64,000 bases of DNA from a virus (IMGVR_UViG_3300031548_000001:1-64000); one strand, 5' to 3'. Counted from the stretch's first letter, positions 9,745 to 19,294 are shown. Numbers and translations: made by a program. Notes: generated by a model from the letters alone, not told the origin.

Positions 9745-12075
9745 TTATCCGACGTTGATCAGATTCAGGCGTCCGGTCGTCTGCTCCACGTCGAGGCACT
9801 TCGCGAGCGCCGGGTTCTCGGGGCCGATCACGATGAACTGGTCAATGTCGCCATCGTCCACCATGCCGCACAGGTTGGTGATGAGCTTCTGTGCGTTCTG
9901 GACGTCGAGACGTCCGATCTCATCCAGCATCAGCACGCGCAGCTTCGACTTTGCGGCGAGGCCGGCAGTCAGGCCCATCATCACGATGGCCGTCTCGGTG
10001 CCGGAAAACACGCGGGCGCTCACGAATGAGTCGCCGACGCGCATCCCGATTTCTCCCTCCTCGAACACGAGCTTTCCTTTCAGGATGCCGGCGCCGAGTT
10101 TGTTGGCCACGGCCAGAGGGGTTTCGATGCTGCCGGAAACGAGTTCGGTCTTCTTCTGGGTCAGCACATCGAGCACTTTGCCGAGCAGCTTGTATTCGGA
10201 TTCGACGGCTTCGCGCTTGGCCGCGGCTTCCTGGATGCGCTTTTGGTCCTGCTCGGCAGCGGTGATCTCGGCGAGCGTGGCAACGGCCTTTAGCGCGTCG
10301 GAAGACTTCGCCTCCACGTCTTTCTTGAGCGCTGCAATCGCGTCAGCATCGGGAGTCTCCGACTGACCAGCGGCGTTGAGGCGTTCGAGTTCATCACTGG
10401 CAGCACGGGCAGACGTGAGGGCGTCACGCGCCTTCATGTGCTCGTTGCGCACGTTCTGCAGGTTGGCCTTGGCGGCGGACACGGCTTGGAACGCTTCGCT
10501 TGTATCCTTCTCGGCCTGTGCCAGCTCGGCAGCCGTAGGCTCGGCTCCAGCTTGGGGCAGTGTGGCCAAGTGCTCAGCGGCCATCGTGGCGCGTGTGAGC
10601 GCGGCCTGAAGCGTGGTGAGCGAGCCCTTGGTATTCTTCAGGACCGACTGACGGCCTTGGTATGCATCTTCGAGGGCCTGCACCTCTTCGTGGGCTTCGA
10701 TCACGGCCTGAGCCAGCTCGTATTCCTTGAGGCGGGATTGTTCTTCGGATTCCTCCGTTTCCTTTGAAAGCCCGCGCCAGTCTTCGATGGATTCTATTGT
10801 TATCGCGCCGCCTTCACCGAGTGAGATTACGCATGTTGCGAGATAATGGGTGCCGGCCACGGCGCCGGTGGAGAAGTCGTCCGTGCGAATCTCGGCTTCG
10901 GCCTGCAACGCTTTTGGTGCATTGGCTTCGGCCTGCGCTTTTTCAAGCACGACTTTGGCCTCGGTGATTTTCTGGCTGAAATTGGCGATCTCCGATTCGA
11001 TGCGGTCAATGGCAGCCTCGGCATCAGCAACGGCCTGCGTGAGGTGCCCAGACTTATACGCTTCGGCGGTGAGTTGGTCACGGCGAGTCTTCGCGGCGTT
11101 CGCCTCGGAGGCGAGGCGGTTAAGGCGTTCGCGTGCTTCGCGCTTCTCGTTGTAAGTGGCCGAAGTGGTTTCGACTTTGGACTCAGCGGCGGCAACGTCC
11201 AGTGCAATGAATGCCTCCATCTGGATCTTCTCGGCCAGGGCCGCGGCGATGGGAGCAATCTCGGCGCGGCGCTGACGGGCGCGGTTGGCGTGAGCGATCG
11301 TGGCCTCGGCGGCGGCGATTCGGCTCCGGAGTGTGATCAAATCGGCGTCGAGTTGCGCCCGGTAGGCTTCGACCTCATGACGGGGCGGAAGTGCCTTGGC
11401 GTCGGCTGCGTTCAGATCCGCCACCCCTTCGACCGTGGACTGCATGCGAGCCTTTTCGGCGTTCACGATCTTACGCTTTTCTTTGAAGAACGCGTCGGAG
11501 TCGCTGATCAGGTCGCTGATGGTCTTGGCCTTAGCCTTCACGACATTCAGCCAGCTTTCGTAGAGCGGCCACATGGCCTCTTTCTTAACGACAGCCTTGC
11601 CCGGGGTGGTGTCGATGCCGAGCACGCCGGCGATTGCCAGAGCGATGTCGTCGGCTGTCACACCTTCGCTCTGAACCAACTCGCAGGCCTTGGTGATGCG
11701 GGCGGCGTCGGAGAGATCGAAGAAGATGCTCGGGTCGAACAGCACGCGGGTGGCTTCGTCGAGTTCTCCTGCAAGGGTCCAATCGACCGTTTGTTTCACT
11801 GTGCCTTTCGGCTTTTCGAATGCGATGCTGGGCGTGCGCATCTCGACGTTGGCGTCGATGCGGGCGCTGATCTGCATCGGGTAGCCGCTGGCGAACTGCT
11901 TGATGCCGGCCGCGGTCTTGGCCGAATCAGGGACGTAGCCAATGACGAGCAGCCGTATGGCTTGGTCGATGGCGGATTTGCCGGAGAAGTTCCGGCCCTG
12001 AATGAGCGTGCCGGTGCCAAACGTGTAGTTGGCGGTCACACCCTTGAAATTGGTGACTGAGAGATTGGAGATCAT
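9745..12075 (-). CDS. SbcC/Rad50-like SMC ATPase
   Basis: TNFKG, GRNFSGKS, long coiled coil, FSGTE signature, LMLDEIG; start 12075 behind a leader. Confidence 0.85.
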   Translation of the reverse strand: MISNLSVTNFKGVTANYTFGTGTLIQGRNFSGKSAIDQAIRLLVIGYVPDSAKTAAGIKQFASGYPMQISARIDANVEMRTPSIAFEKPKGTVKQTVDWTLAGELDEATRVLFDPSIFFDLSDAARITKACELVQSEGVTADDIALAIAGVLGIDTTPGKAVVKKEAMWPLYESWLNVVKAKAKTISDLISDSDAFFKEKRKIVNAEKARMQSTVEGVADLNAADAKALPPRHEVEAYRAQLDADLITLRSRIAAAEATIAHANRARQRRAEIAPIAAALAEKIQMEAFIALDVAAAESKVETTSATYNEKREARERLNRLASEANAAKTRRDQLTAEAYKSGHLTQAVADAEAAIDRIESEIANFSQKITEAKVVLEKAQAEANAPKALQAEAEIRTDDFSTGAVAGTHYLATCVISLGEGGAITIESIEDWRGLSKETEESEEQSRLKEYELAQAVIEAHEEVQALEDAYQGRQSVLKNTKGSLTTLQAALTRATMAAEHLATLPQAGAEPTAAELAQAEKDTSEAFQAVSAAKANLQNVRNEHMKARDALTSARAASDELERLNAAGQSETPDADAIAALKKDVEAKSSDALKAVATLAEITAAEQDQKRIQEAAAKREAVESEYKLLGKVLDVLTQKKTELVSGSIETPLAVANKLGAGILKGKLVFEEGEIGMRVGDSFVSARVFSGTETAIVMMGLTAGLAAKSKLRVLMLDEIGRLDVQNAQKLITNLCGMVDDGDIDQFIVIGPENPALAKCLDVEQTTGRLNLINVG

Positions 12076-12143
12076 TTCGGGATTCGTTTCGGGTTTCTGA
12101 AATTGGGTGGGCACGCTGTTTTGAGACAACGTGCCCTGTTTGA

Positions 12144-12209
12144 TGGCGGACACCTCGGCTTACGTTCCGTTTACCACAGGCCACTTTTCTTCATCCTGCG
12201 GCGGTGCCC
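12144..12209 (-). ncRNA. Possible degenerate tRNA-like RNA
   Basis: GGGCACC/GGTGTCC stem followed by GCCA; internal GCCGCAGG/CCTGTGGT stem; weak T-arm. Confidence 0.35.
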
Positions 12210-12217
12210 TAAAGTGA

Positions 12218-13075
12218 TCAGTTGAACGGCACGCCTTCGCGGCGAGCGCCAGCGCCTTCAGCGGGCTGCTGCGTGTTGGACTGGCTGTTGAACTTGGCGT
12301 CTTCCTCGTCAACGAGCTGGAATGCCTTCATCGGGAAGTGCTCAAGCTCGGCAGGTTTCTGTGTCCAGCACGCATTGACCATAAGGCCCATCGCGATCTT
12401 CTCCACCAATTCAGCCGACGGCTTGCCGAGAACGTTGTCGTGGCGTTTGTTCACGTCGGCGATCAGGTTAATGGAGGCGTCAAAGCAGCGATTCAGCGCG
12501 GCGGCCGTGCGGGCGATGCGCTTATCAAAGCTCTTCATTTCGTTGGCGCGGAGGGTGCGTTTGTCGGCAATTCCTCCGGCTGGTGGCTGGTTGCCATTGC
12601 TGTTCGCCTTGGACGGGCCGTTGCCATTCCCGTTTCCGTTGGTGTGGCCATTGGTAGCGGGTGGCGTGTTGGACTGCTGAGCAGGCGGCTGATTCTGTTG
12701 AGCCGGGGGCTGAGTTCCGCCGCCAGCACCCTCAAAGCTCACGTCGGCGCCGTCGTAGATCCACACCTGTGGAGCGTTATTCTTCTTGGCGTTGACCTTG
12801 CGCTTCAGGCCGTTGATTCCGCGGTCACCACGGTAAGCGACAGCGTAAATTTGTGAGCCCTCCATAGTCCGAGGGACATCTTCAGCCCGGTTATCTAAGA
12901 TGCATTCAATCTCCTTCGCGCCATCAGTAATGACGAGTTTCTGGAGCTTCCAAGGCTTAGGATCTCCTTCCTTGGAGGCGAAGGGTTTCATAACACTCTT
13001 GATTTTGCCGCGAAAAGCTTCGGGCACGGTGCCGTCGCTCATTTCGAGCAACTGGGATACGGTATAAACGATCAT
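12218..13075 (-). CDS. Putative OB-fold ssDNA-binding protein
   Basis: N-terminal beta-rich RPA/SSB-like pattern, Q/P/N/G linker, EGVPFN tail. Confidence 0.5.
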   Translation of the reverse strand: MIVYTVSQLLEMSDGTVPEAFRGKIKSVMKPFASKEGDPKPWKLQKLVITDGAKEIECILDNRAEDVPRTMEGSQIYAVAYRGDRGINGLKRKVNAKKNNAPQVWIYDGADVSFEGAGGGTQPPAQQNQPPAQQSNTPPATNGHTNGNGNGNGPSKANSNGNQPPAGGIADKRTLRANEMKSFDKRIARTAAALNRCFDASINLIADVNKRHDNVLGKPSAELVEKIAMGLMVNACWTQKPAELEHFPMKAFQLVDEEDAKFNSQSNTQQPAEGAGARREGVPFN

Positions 13076-13141
13076 GGTATTTTCGGATTCGGGTTCGGGA
13101 TCTGTTCGGGTTCGGGTGTCTAACGAGCTGCCGGGGGAAGT

Positions 13142-13396
13142 TTATTCCCCAGGCGGCGGTGTGTAAGGTCGATCGGGAAATTCTTTGTTGTAGGCCGCGA
13201 TCTGCTTGGCCGTTGGTTTCTTCAACGGAGTCGCATCGAGGGCGTCCTCAATGAATCGGGCTTCGGAGTATTTCTTCACCTTTTTGGTGACGGTGCGGTA
13301 GGAGCAAACGAGCTGGAGCTTCTTCTTTTGCTTCGGGTGAAGCTTGGCGTTGAATTCAACTTTGCGCTCAGACTCGGGGATTGGTGTTCTGGCCAT
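13142..13396 (-). CDS. Small basic putative regulator (ribbon-helix-helix-like)
   Basis: RKVEFNAKL strand followed by helices; preceded by an inverted CTCTTTAC repeat. Confidence 0.55.
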   Translation of the reverse strand: MARTPIPESERKVEFNAKLHPKQKKKLQLVCSYRTVTKKVKKYSEARFIEDALDATPLKKPTAKQIAAYNKEFPDRPYTPPPGE

Positions 13397-13423
13397 GGTG
13401 GTGGTTTAGTTGACGGGTTAAAT

Positions 13424-13452
13424 CTCTTTACTAATTGGAAAAAGGTAAAGAG
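13424..13452. promoter_or_regulatory. Inverted repeat CTCTTTAC-N13-GTAAAGAG (putative operator)
   Basis: Perfect 8-bp inverted repeat of the early motif core. Confidence 0.65.
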
Positions 13453-13458
13453 TTAAAT

Positions 13459-13989
13459 TCAGGTTTTTAAGTGCCACACGTAATCTAGTGTGGCTGCGTG
13501 AGGTGGGAAGATTCTCTCGATGTGACCATTCCATTCGAGGCGCTCGATCATGCCTCGCGTGACGGTGAATGGCTTAGGCATGTCGCCGTTCACCCATACG
13601 TCGATGCCCGATGGCGTCTGATGGATCTGCCAGCCGTGGCGCTGATACCACGCAAGGAAGGCCAGGTCGTAGCCGTTGCAGCGGTTCTGCGGCACGTTGG
13701 TCACGTCTCCTACCGGGACGCCCTCGTGATGGGGAACACCGGAGGGCGAAACGTTATAGAGCTCGGTGGGCACGCCAGCCGCGTCGAGCAATAGGGAGTA
13801 GGTGACGCGGAACCAGCGCTTGTTGCGCAACTCGTCGATCTCGAAGTCCAGCCACGGCTGGGTAATCGGCGATGAAGTGGGTCGTGCGCTGCCGACAACA
13901 AACACGCGCTCGTGCGTGAACTCGTCGAGCCCGTGGGCTTTCAGATACTCGAGGACGGTGACCTCTGGATTTGTGGTGGTAGCGCTCAT
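13459..13989 (-). CDS. Hypothetical protein
   Basis: ATGA-coupled to the upstream gene. Confidence 0.65.
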   Translation of the reverse strand: MSATTTNPEVTVLEYLKAHGLDEFTHERVFVVGSARPTSSPITQPWLDFEIDELRNKRWFRVTYSLLLDAAGVPTELYNVSPSGVPHHEGVPVGDVTNVPQNRCNGYDLAFLAWYQRHGWQIHQTPSGIDVWVNGDMPKPFTVTRGMIERLEWNGHIERIFPPHAATLDYVWHLKT

Positions 13990-15188
13990 GTTCCGGAGAT
14001 TAAATCGATCATGACTTTCTGGACTGAGCCGTCTCGGTTGTAGTCGTCAGTTACGACGTCCGCCCTGATCTCATCGCCAGACCAGCGCTGCGGCCATGTG
14101 TTGGCGGCGATAAGCTCCTCGATGCGAGCCTTTTCTTCGGCGTTTATCAGGTCGATCGCTGGCGCCCCAGCGAAGCGCTGACGGTGCATGTTGCATTCGT
14201 CTTGAATGGAAAGGATCTGCTCCATGCCCCAGCGGCGGGCATCCATTGTAAGGGGACCCATGCGGCCGGGGTTGCTCACAAGTTCGCCGTCGGCCTTGCG
14301 CTCGTCCAACTTTCGCAAGCGATTTTTCGGAAGCTTCAATTCGGCATAAACGGACCGAAGCCGCCGCAAAGGCGAAAGCCACGTCCATCGCTCATTTTGA
14401 ATGACTGTCTCCAATGCCACGTCGCGGCTCGCGAGATTGCAGCCAACGCAGCCCGTGCGTGCATTGATCTCATGGGCTTCGTCGCCGCCATAGCTTTCGG
14501 CCACGAGCGCGGTCGGAAATCCGTCCGCCGGCGCAAACACCGTCAGCCAGTCCCAAACGAAGCACAACCGCCAGTGCAGGAGAGGCGCCAGCGTGTCGGC
14601 GATACTCCCAGGCGTCGTTTCCTGAAACCAGCCTTGCCCGCATTCAGCGCCGTTCTTCCCACACGAAAGGGCAATGCGGGCGTCACGGGCGGCGCTTTCA
14701 CCCAAGCGAACGCCGGTGATCATCAGAAGCTTCTCGCCGACTCGTGCGCGGAGCTCCTTCAGTGCCGCTTGCATCGGTTCGATCTTCAACTGAGGCGTGC
14801 ACCAACGAAACGTGTTCGACGGAGGCGGAACGCCACGGCCGAACATGTAAACAAAGAACCGGTCGTCCATACGTGGCAAAACGACCTCGGCACGGAAGCC
14901 CCGGCGGCGCAGCTCGGCGAGCATGGTAAGCGCCGCGTTTTGTAGGGGCGGTAATTCCATGCGGGTGTCGGCGTAAAGGATCGTGAGCGATTCTGGCGCC
15001 GGCACACGGCCAGTCAGGATCAGGTGCACCACGGCCGTAACGGTGGCGCTACTATCCTTGCCGCCTGAATACGCGATCACCCAATGGCGGTGAGTAGATG
15101 CGTATGCCATCAGGGACATGGCCGTCATTTCGAGCGCTTCGGAGAAGCCCATACGTTGTTCATCAAAAAGGGTCGGTTGGTTGTTCAT
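13986..15188 (-). CDS. PAPS-reductase-family (DndC-like) protein
   Basis: AYSGGKDS PP-loop, ADTRME, FRWCTPQLKIEP, GVRLGESAAR, RTGCVGC. Confidence 0.88.
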   Translation of the reverse strand: MNNQPTLFDEQRMGFSEALEMTAMSLMAYASTHRHWVIAYSGGKDSSATVTAVVHLILTGRVPAPESLTILYADTRMELPPLQNAALTMLAELRRRGFRAEVVLPRMDDRFFVYMFGRGVPPPSNTFRWCTPQLKIEPMQAALKELRARVGEKLLMITGVRLGESAARDARIALSCGKNGAECGQGWFQETTPGSIADTLAPLLHWRLCFVWDWLTVFAPADGFPTALVAESYGGDEAHEINARTGCVGCNLASRDVALETVIQNERWTWLSPLRRLRSVYAELKLPKNRLRKLDERKADGELVSNPGRMGPLTMDARRWGMEQILSIQDECNMHRQRFAGAPAIDLINAEEKARIEELIAANTWPQRWSGDEIRADVVTDDYNRDGSVQKVMIDLISGT

Positions 15189-15226
15189 TTCGGGTTCGGG
15201 TCTCTAAAGTGATAGGCGCTGCTGGC

Positions 15227-15502
15227 TCATCCGATGAGGTTCTCAAGGTGGGCGTCCTTGCGGATCTGATTGCGATCGCCGCGCCACCGTTCGAGTTCGC
15301 TGATACGGACTTCACCATCCCTGTCCGTGGTGTAATAGGCCTCATGAACTTCGGCTGTGTTGAGCGAACGACCGACGTTCCCGAAGTCGGTCTCGAAGTC
15401 GTAGCGCGTGCCGAGCTTGGTGTCGTGAACGGCGGTGATGATGGCGTTGCCGTGGACGCGGCCGTCACGGGTGAATAAGTGCTGTCCGATCTTGAGTTTC
15501 AT
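15227..15502 (-). CDS. Hypothetical phage protein
   Basis: MKLKIGQHLFTRDGR...ETDFGN; ATG behind a leader. Confidence 0.7.
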   Translation of the reverse strand: MKLKIGQHLFTRDGRVHGNAIITAVHDTKLGTRYDFETDFGNVGRSLNTAEVHEAYYTTDRDGEVRISELERWRGDRNQIRKDAHLENLIG

Positions 15503-15530
15503 TTCGATGTCGTTTCGGGTTTCTGAAAGT

Positions 15531-15627
15531 TGGAGCCGCATACCGGAATCGAACCGGTGTCTGCGTGGACTGACACGAGGGTTTAGGCCCGATGCCACGC
15601 TGTCTTTCCTCGTTGGACTACTGCGGC
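15531..15627 (-). ncRNA. tRNA-like RNA (97 nt) with an enlarged anticodon arm
   Basis: Acceptor GCCGCA/TGCGGC plus T-CCA; D stem GTC/GAC; perfect T arm ACCGG-TTCGATT-CCGGT; GCGTGG/CCACGC stem closing 26 nt. Confidence 0.85.
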
Positions 15628-15636
15628 GAAAGTTGG

Positions 15637-17685
15637 TCAGGCGGCCGTCGTCGCGGATTCCTCTTCCGGCAGGTAGGCGCTGATGTCGTTCGTCTGTGAA
15701 AGCACCGCCAGCACGAGGGCGCGGGCGAGGTTGCGGGGAACGGCGTTGCCGATCTGCTTCACCTGTTCCGTCTTCGTGCCGGTGAACTTGTAGTCATGTC
15801 GGAAGCCCTGCGCCTTCGCCAGTTCATGCGGCTGGAGCATGCGAAACCGGATGTCCAACTGGTAGCGCTCGCCGTTGATTACGACGATGGGACGCACCAA
15901 TGCGTGCCGGTCGTTGCATGTCACCGTAGGGAGTGGATCGTCGATCGCGTTGGGCGTTCCGTTGCCGTAGTATTCGATCAGGAACGGTTCAACCAGCGCG
16001 ATGGCGCCAGAAGTGGCTACGGTGGGAGCAGGCTGCGATACGGGACGAAGCGCACCATCGGACTGCTGCGGGAGCAGCGATGGCTGCACCAAGGCGCGAT
16101 GGTCGCGCGTGAGAACGGTGCCGAGCGGCTGGGAGACGCCACGGGCCGGACAGGAAGGACCACCGGCGCTGATGACGAACGGCTCGATGACTGCCACGTC
16201 GCCACGGTTACCAGCGACCGCTGGCAGCGGGTTCTTAATGTCGAGCGGTGCGCGATCGCCAGCGTGCGCGGTATGAACAAGGAAAGGCTCTGCCAGGCCG
16301 AGATGCATTCCGGATGCCGTCACGGTCGGCGCGGGCTGATTCACGTCGGCTGCGTCGTTCGTGCCACGAAACTTTACGAGGAAAGGTTGGGCAACGCCAA
16401 GCTGAACTCCTCCGGCCGTGACCGTAGGGTGCGGTTCATCAACCGAGCGGGGGCGACGATCCTCGGTCCCCGCGACTTTTACGAGATAAGGCTCGATCAA
16501 TGCCGGTCCGCCTTTTTGTGCCGTAACGGTCGGAAGTGGATCCGCGATGTCGTGGGTGCGTGGAGTCTGTCCCTCGCGTTCACCGAACTGAGCAATGAGG
16601 AAAGGCTGAGCCAGCGCGATGCCGCGGCTTTCGGTGGTGACCGTCTGGAGCGGCTTGTCCACGCTGCGCACGCGATCTTCGCCAGACTGCTGCGGAATGA
16701 GGAAGGGCTGAGCGACCGCCATCGCGCCACCTTTTGCCGTCGTGACAGTCGGGAGAGGCTTTGCGGCACTGCGGACGCCGCCGCCGTGCTCCATCGTGAT
16801 GATCATCGGCTCGCAGAGCTTCGGGCCGCTGCCTTCAGCGACCACGGCACCGAGTGGCTCATCAACGCCCTTCGGCGTCGGGTTGCTCTGCTGGGGAACT
16901 ACGAACGGCTTCAGGCCGAACTTCTCCAGACCGGCCATGATGCGGCGCATGGTCTTGTCAGACAACGGACGCTCGCGCTCGTAGATGCTCTTCCCAGGCA
17001 GTGACCAGTCGATGACGTGGTCCCGGGCTGTGCGCCACGGTGCTTTCTTGCCGAAAAGGTCGCCTTCCTTCGAGTTGGAGTGCGTCGGGTCCGGCCACAT
17101 GATCTTGCGGCGACCACGCACGAACTGCACGAACAGGCGTTGGCGCGTGGTGGGATCGCCGTAGTCGGCTGCGCAGAACACACGGCAGTCGGACTGGTAG
17201 CCGCAGGCCTCAACCGCCGCACGCCAAGCATTGAACAACTCGCCTTTTCGCGAGGCCAACGGCTGGCCATCCACACCAATCGGGCCCCACGAGCGGAACT
17301 CCGGCACGTTCTCCACGAGGATGACGTTCGGCCGAAGCGACTCGGCCCAGCGGACCACGCACCATGCGGTGGCGCGGCTCTGGTCGTTCACCGGCTTGCC
17401 GCCGCGGGCGACACTGTGATGCGTGCAGCTCGGAGATGCCCAGAGGATGTCGAGCTCACCTTCTTTGAAGAGCTTTTGTGGGTCGATGTCATCGACGGAC
17501 GTGCAGAGGTGGCGCGAGGAAGGGTGATTGGCCGTGTGGGTAGCGATCGCCACATCCCAATGGTTGATTGCGGTGAGCTGGGCGGTGTTGCCCAGCATCT
17601 CAATAGCTTCGATTGCACCGGTGGAGGTGCCGCCAGCTCCACAGAAGAGGTCTGCGATTTGGATGACTCGGTTTTGTTTTCTCAT
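15637..17685 (-). CDS. DNA cytosine-5 methyltransferase with an internal repeat array
   Basis: DLFCGAGG, ASPSCTHHS, VENVPEF, RQRLF and QIGNAVP motifs; repeated PxxPxPTVT...EPF units. Confidence 0.93.
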   Translation of the reverse strand: MRKQNRVIQIADLFCGAGGTSTGAIEAIEMLGNTAQLTAINHWDVAIATHTANHPSSRHLCTSVDDIDPQKLFKEGELDILWASPSCTHHSVARGGKPVNDQSRATAWCVVRWAESLRPNVILVENVPEFRSWGPIGVDGQPLASRKGELFNAWRAAVEACGYQSDCRVFCAADYGDPTTRQRLFVQFVRGRRKIMWPDPTHSNSKEGDLFGKKAPWRTARDHVIDWSLPGKSIYERERPLSDKTMRRIMAGLEKFGLKPFVVPQQSNPTPKGVDEPLGAVVAEGSGPKLCEPMIITMEHGGGVRSAAKPLPTVTTAKGGAMAVAQPFLIPQQSGEDRVRSVDKPLQTVTTESRGIALAQPFLIAQFGEREGQTPRTHDIADPLPTVTAQKGGPALIEPYLVKVAGTEDRRPRSVDEPHPTVTAGGVQLGVAQPFLVKFRGTNDAADVNQPAPTVTASGMHLGLAEPFLVHTAHAGDRAPLDIKNPLPAVAGNRGDVAVIEPFVISAGGPSCPARGVSQPLGTVLTRDHRALVQPSLLPQQSDGALRPVSQPAPTVATSGAIALVEPFLIEYYGNGTPNAIDDPLPTVTCNDRHALVRPIVVINGERYQLDIRFRMLQPHELAKAQGFRHDYKFTGTKTEQVKQIGNAVPRNLARALVLAVLSQTNDISAYLPEEESATTAA

Positions 17686-17716
17686 TTCGGGTTCAGATTC
17701 GTTTCGGGTCTCTAAC

Positions 17717-18184
17717 TCAGACAGCTACCTCTTTAGGTGCCGGCGTTACCGGAGTCCAAGGAACAAGCTGCTTGGTGAGTATCAGCGTCGCGTCCGGGTG
17801 CGGATATTCGTAGCCGGGCACGAAGCCGAGCTTCTGATAGAAGGGCAGGATAATGTGATTTTTCGCGCTCACATTGAGGCAGATGGACGTGCTGCCATGA
17901 AGTTTTGCAGTCAGGCAGCAGCGTTCAACCAACGCCCGGCCTACGCCGTGACCGCGCACGCATTCGTGCACGAACAGGTGGTAGAAATAGGCGACGGTGT
18001 AGAAGAAACTGTCGGTGCCTCCTTGGGCATGAGGCTTCTCAAACTTCGTGTGACGAAGGCTGATGCAGCCAGCTGGTTTGCCGTCATACATGGCCATGAT
18101 CTGCGTCGTGTGCTGTTCATCGACGATGGTCACGAGTTCGGAGAAAGTGACAGGGAGAGGATTCGGGAATTGTTTCGTATTCAT
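17717..18184 (-). CDS. GNAT acetyltransferase
   Basis: LFVHECVRGHGVGRAL and N...FYQKLGF motifs. Confidence 0.85.
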   Translation of the reverse strand: MNTKQFPNPLPVTFSELVTIVDEQHTTQIMAMYDGKPAGCISLRHTKFEKPHAQGGTDSFFYTVAYFYHLFVHECVRGHGVGRALVERCCLTAKLHGSTSICLNVSAKNHIILPFYQKLGFVPGYEYPHPDATLILTKQLVPWTPVTPAPKEVAV

Positions 18185-18250
18185 TTCGGGTTCGGGTCTC
18201 TGACGAATTTGTTGGATCAGACTTCGGGCAGCGCGTCCATCAGACGTTTT

Positions 18251-18505
18251 TTAGGTGTCGATACCTGCTACCAGTGCGGCGATGGTCGTTTTCAGGCCCG
18301 TAGCGATCTGAGCGAGCGTGAGGACCGTCGGGTTACGCTTTCCGCGTTCGAGGCCCCCATAATAGGAGCGGTCGATTTGGCACTGCTTGGCAGCCTCGTC
18401 TTGTTTTAGACGAAGTTCTAAGCGACGTGCGCGGAGCTGGCCACCCATGCGGTCGAGCACCTTGTCCCCGCGGTGGGATGAGGCTGTGGTCGGCATGGCG
18501 AACAT
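18251..18505 (-). CDS. XRE-family HTH regulator
   Basis: LRARR...QDEAA...IDRSYYGGLERGKRNPT. Confidence 0.9.
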   Translation of the reverse strand: MFAMPTTASSHRGDKVLDRMGGQLRARRLELRLKQDEAAKQCQIDRSYYGGLERGKRNPTVLTLAQIATGLKTTIAALVAGIDT

Positions 18506-19251
18506 CAGGCAGGGAGGTTCACCGACTTGATGGCGGAATCGACTACACGCAGCCAGTTCTCGCAGGTGTGTGATGAAAGAGTGCCAGAATCGACGAGGCT
18601 CTTGATGTTGCCGGAGGTCACCGTGAGCCCGTGGAGCATGTCGGCGGTGAGCGTCACCGGCTGAACCATGCGGCGCTCCAAAGTCTGAATGGTGCGAGGG
18701 TCATGCGAAATCTTGGATATTGAGACGCGGCCTGCGCTTTCGTCCTCGGTGGCCTGCCAGACGATCTCGGATTCGCCCTCGTCCTGAAACTGGGGAAGCA
18801 CTCGAATCACGTCACCCTTACGGATCGTGGGCACGTCCTCGCCACGGAAGGAAAGGCCACGGGCCTGCGCCAGCTCATCCGGATTTCCGAGCAGGTAGAA
18901 CTGCTGGGAGACAGGATCCTTGAGCCACTCCCAAGCTTCGCCAGCGTTTTTGAACTCAGCGACGATCTCGATCAGGTCATTGCCATCCCGCTCAGCATCG
19001 GTGCGGTCGGCGTTGTAGGTGCGAATGACGACGTTCCAGCCTTCGGAAAGATCATCGGCCTCGATGAGGTAGAAGTCTCCGCTCGTCTTGTTCGGTTGGT
19101 GGCCGGTGACGCGGCTGTCGGAGAGGTGGTAGGCTTGGACGGACCAATCGGCATTTATGCCGCAGGCCTTGAAGTTTTCAGCAAACTGCTCGGAGGCAGT
19201 GCGAGAAGGGTCGAAGGCGGGAAGGATCAAGGATTTCATATTCGGATTCAT
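18505..19251 (-). CDS. Hypothetical protein
   Basis: First gene after the CTCTTTAC motif and a leader. Confidence 0.7.
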   Translation of the reverse strand: MNPNMKSLILPAFDPSRTASEQFAENFKACGINADWSVQAYHLSDSRVTGHQPNKTSGDFYLIEADDLSEGWNVVIRTYNADRTDAERDGNDLIEIVAEFKNAGEAWEWLKDPVSQQFYLLGNPDELAQARGLSFRGEDVPTIRKGDVIRVLPQFQDEGESEIVWQATEDESAGRVSISKISHDPRTIQTLERRMVQPVTLTADMLHGLTVTSGNIKSLVDSGTLSSHTCENWLRVVDSAIKSVNLPA

Positions 19252-19294
19252 TTCGTTTCGGGTGTCTGACGAGATGAATACACCAATCCCGCTT

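Noticed and set aside
9745-15188. Complete Dnd phosphorothioation system
   Set aside because: No DndA/B/E or DndFGH is recognisable; SbcC-like and PAPS-reductase-like genes are each common in phages.
15560-15600. Amber suppressor tRNA (CTA in the inner loop)
   Set aside because: CTA sits in a 6-nt loop on an over-long arm without U33; the geometry does not fit normal decoding, and phage genes show no in-frame TAG recoding.
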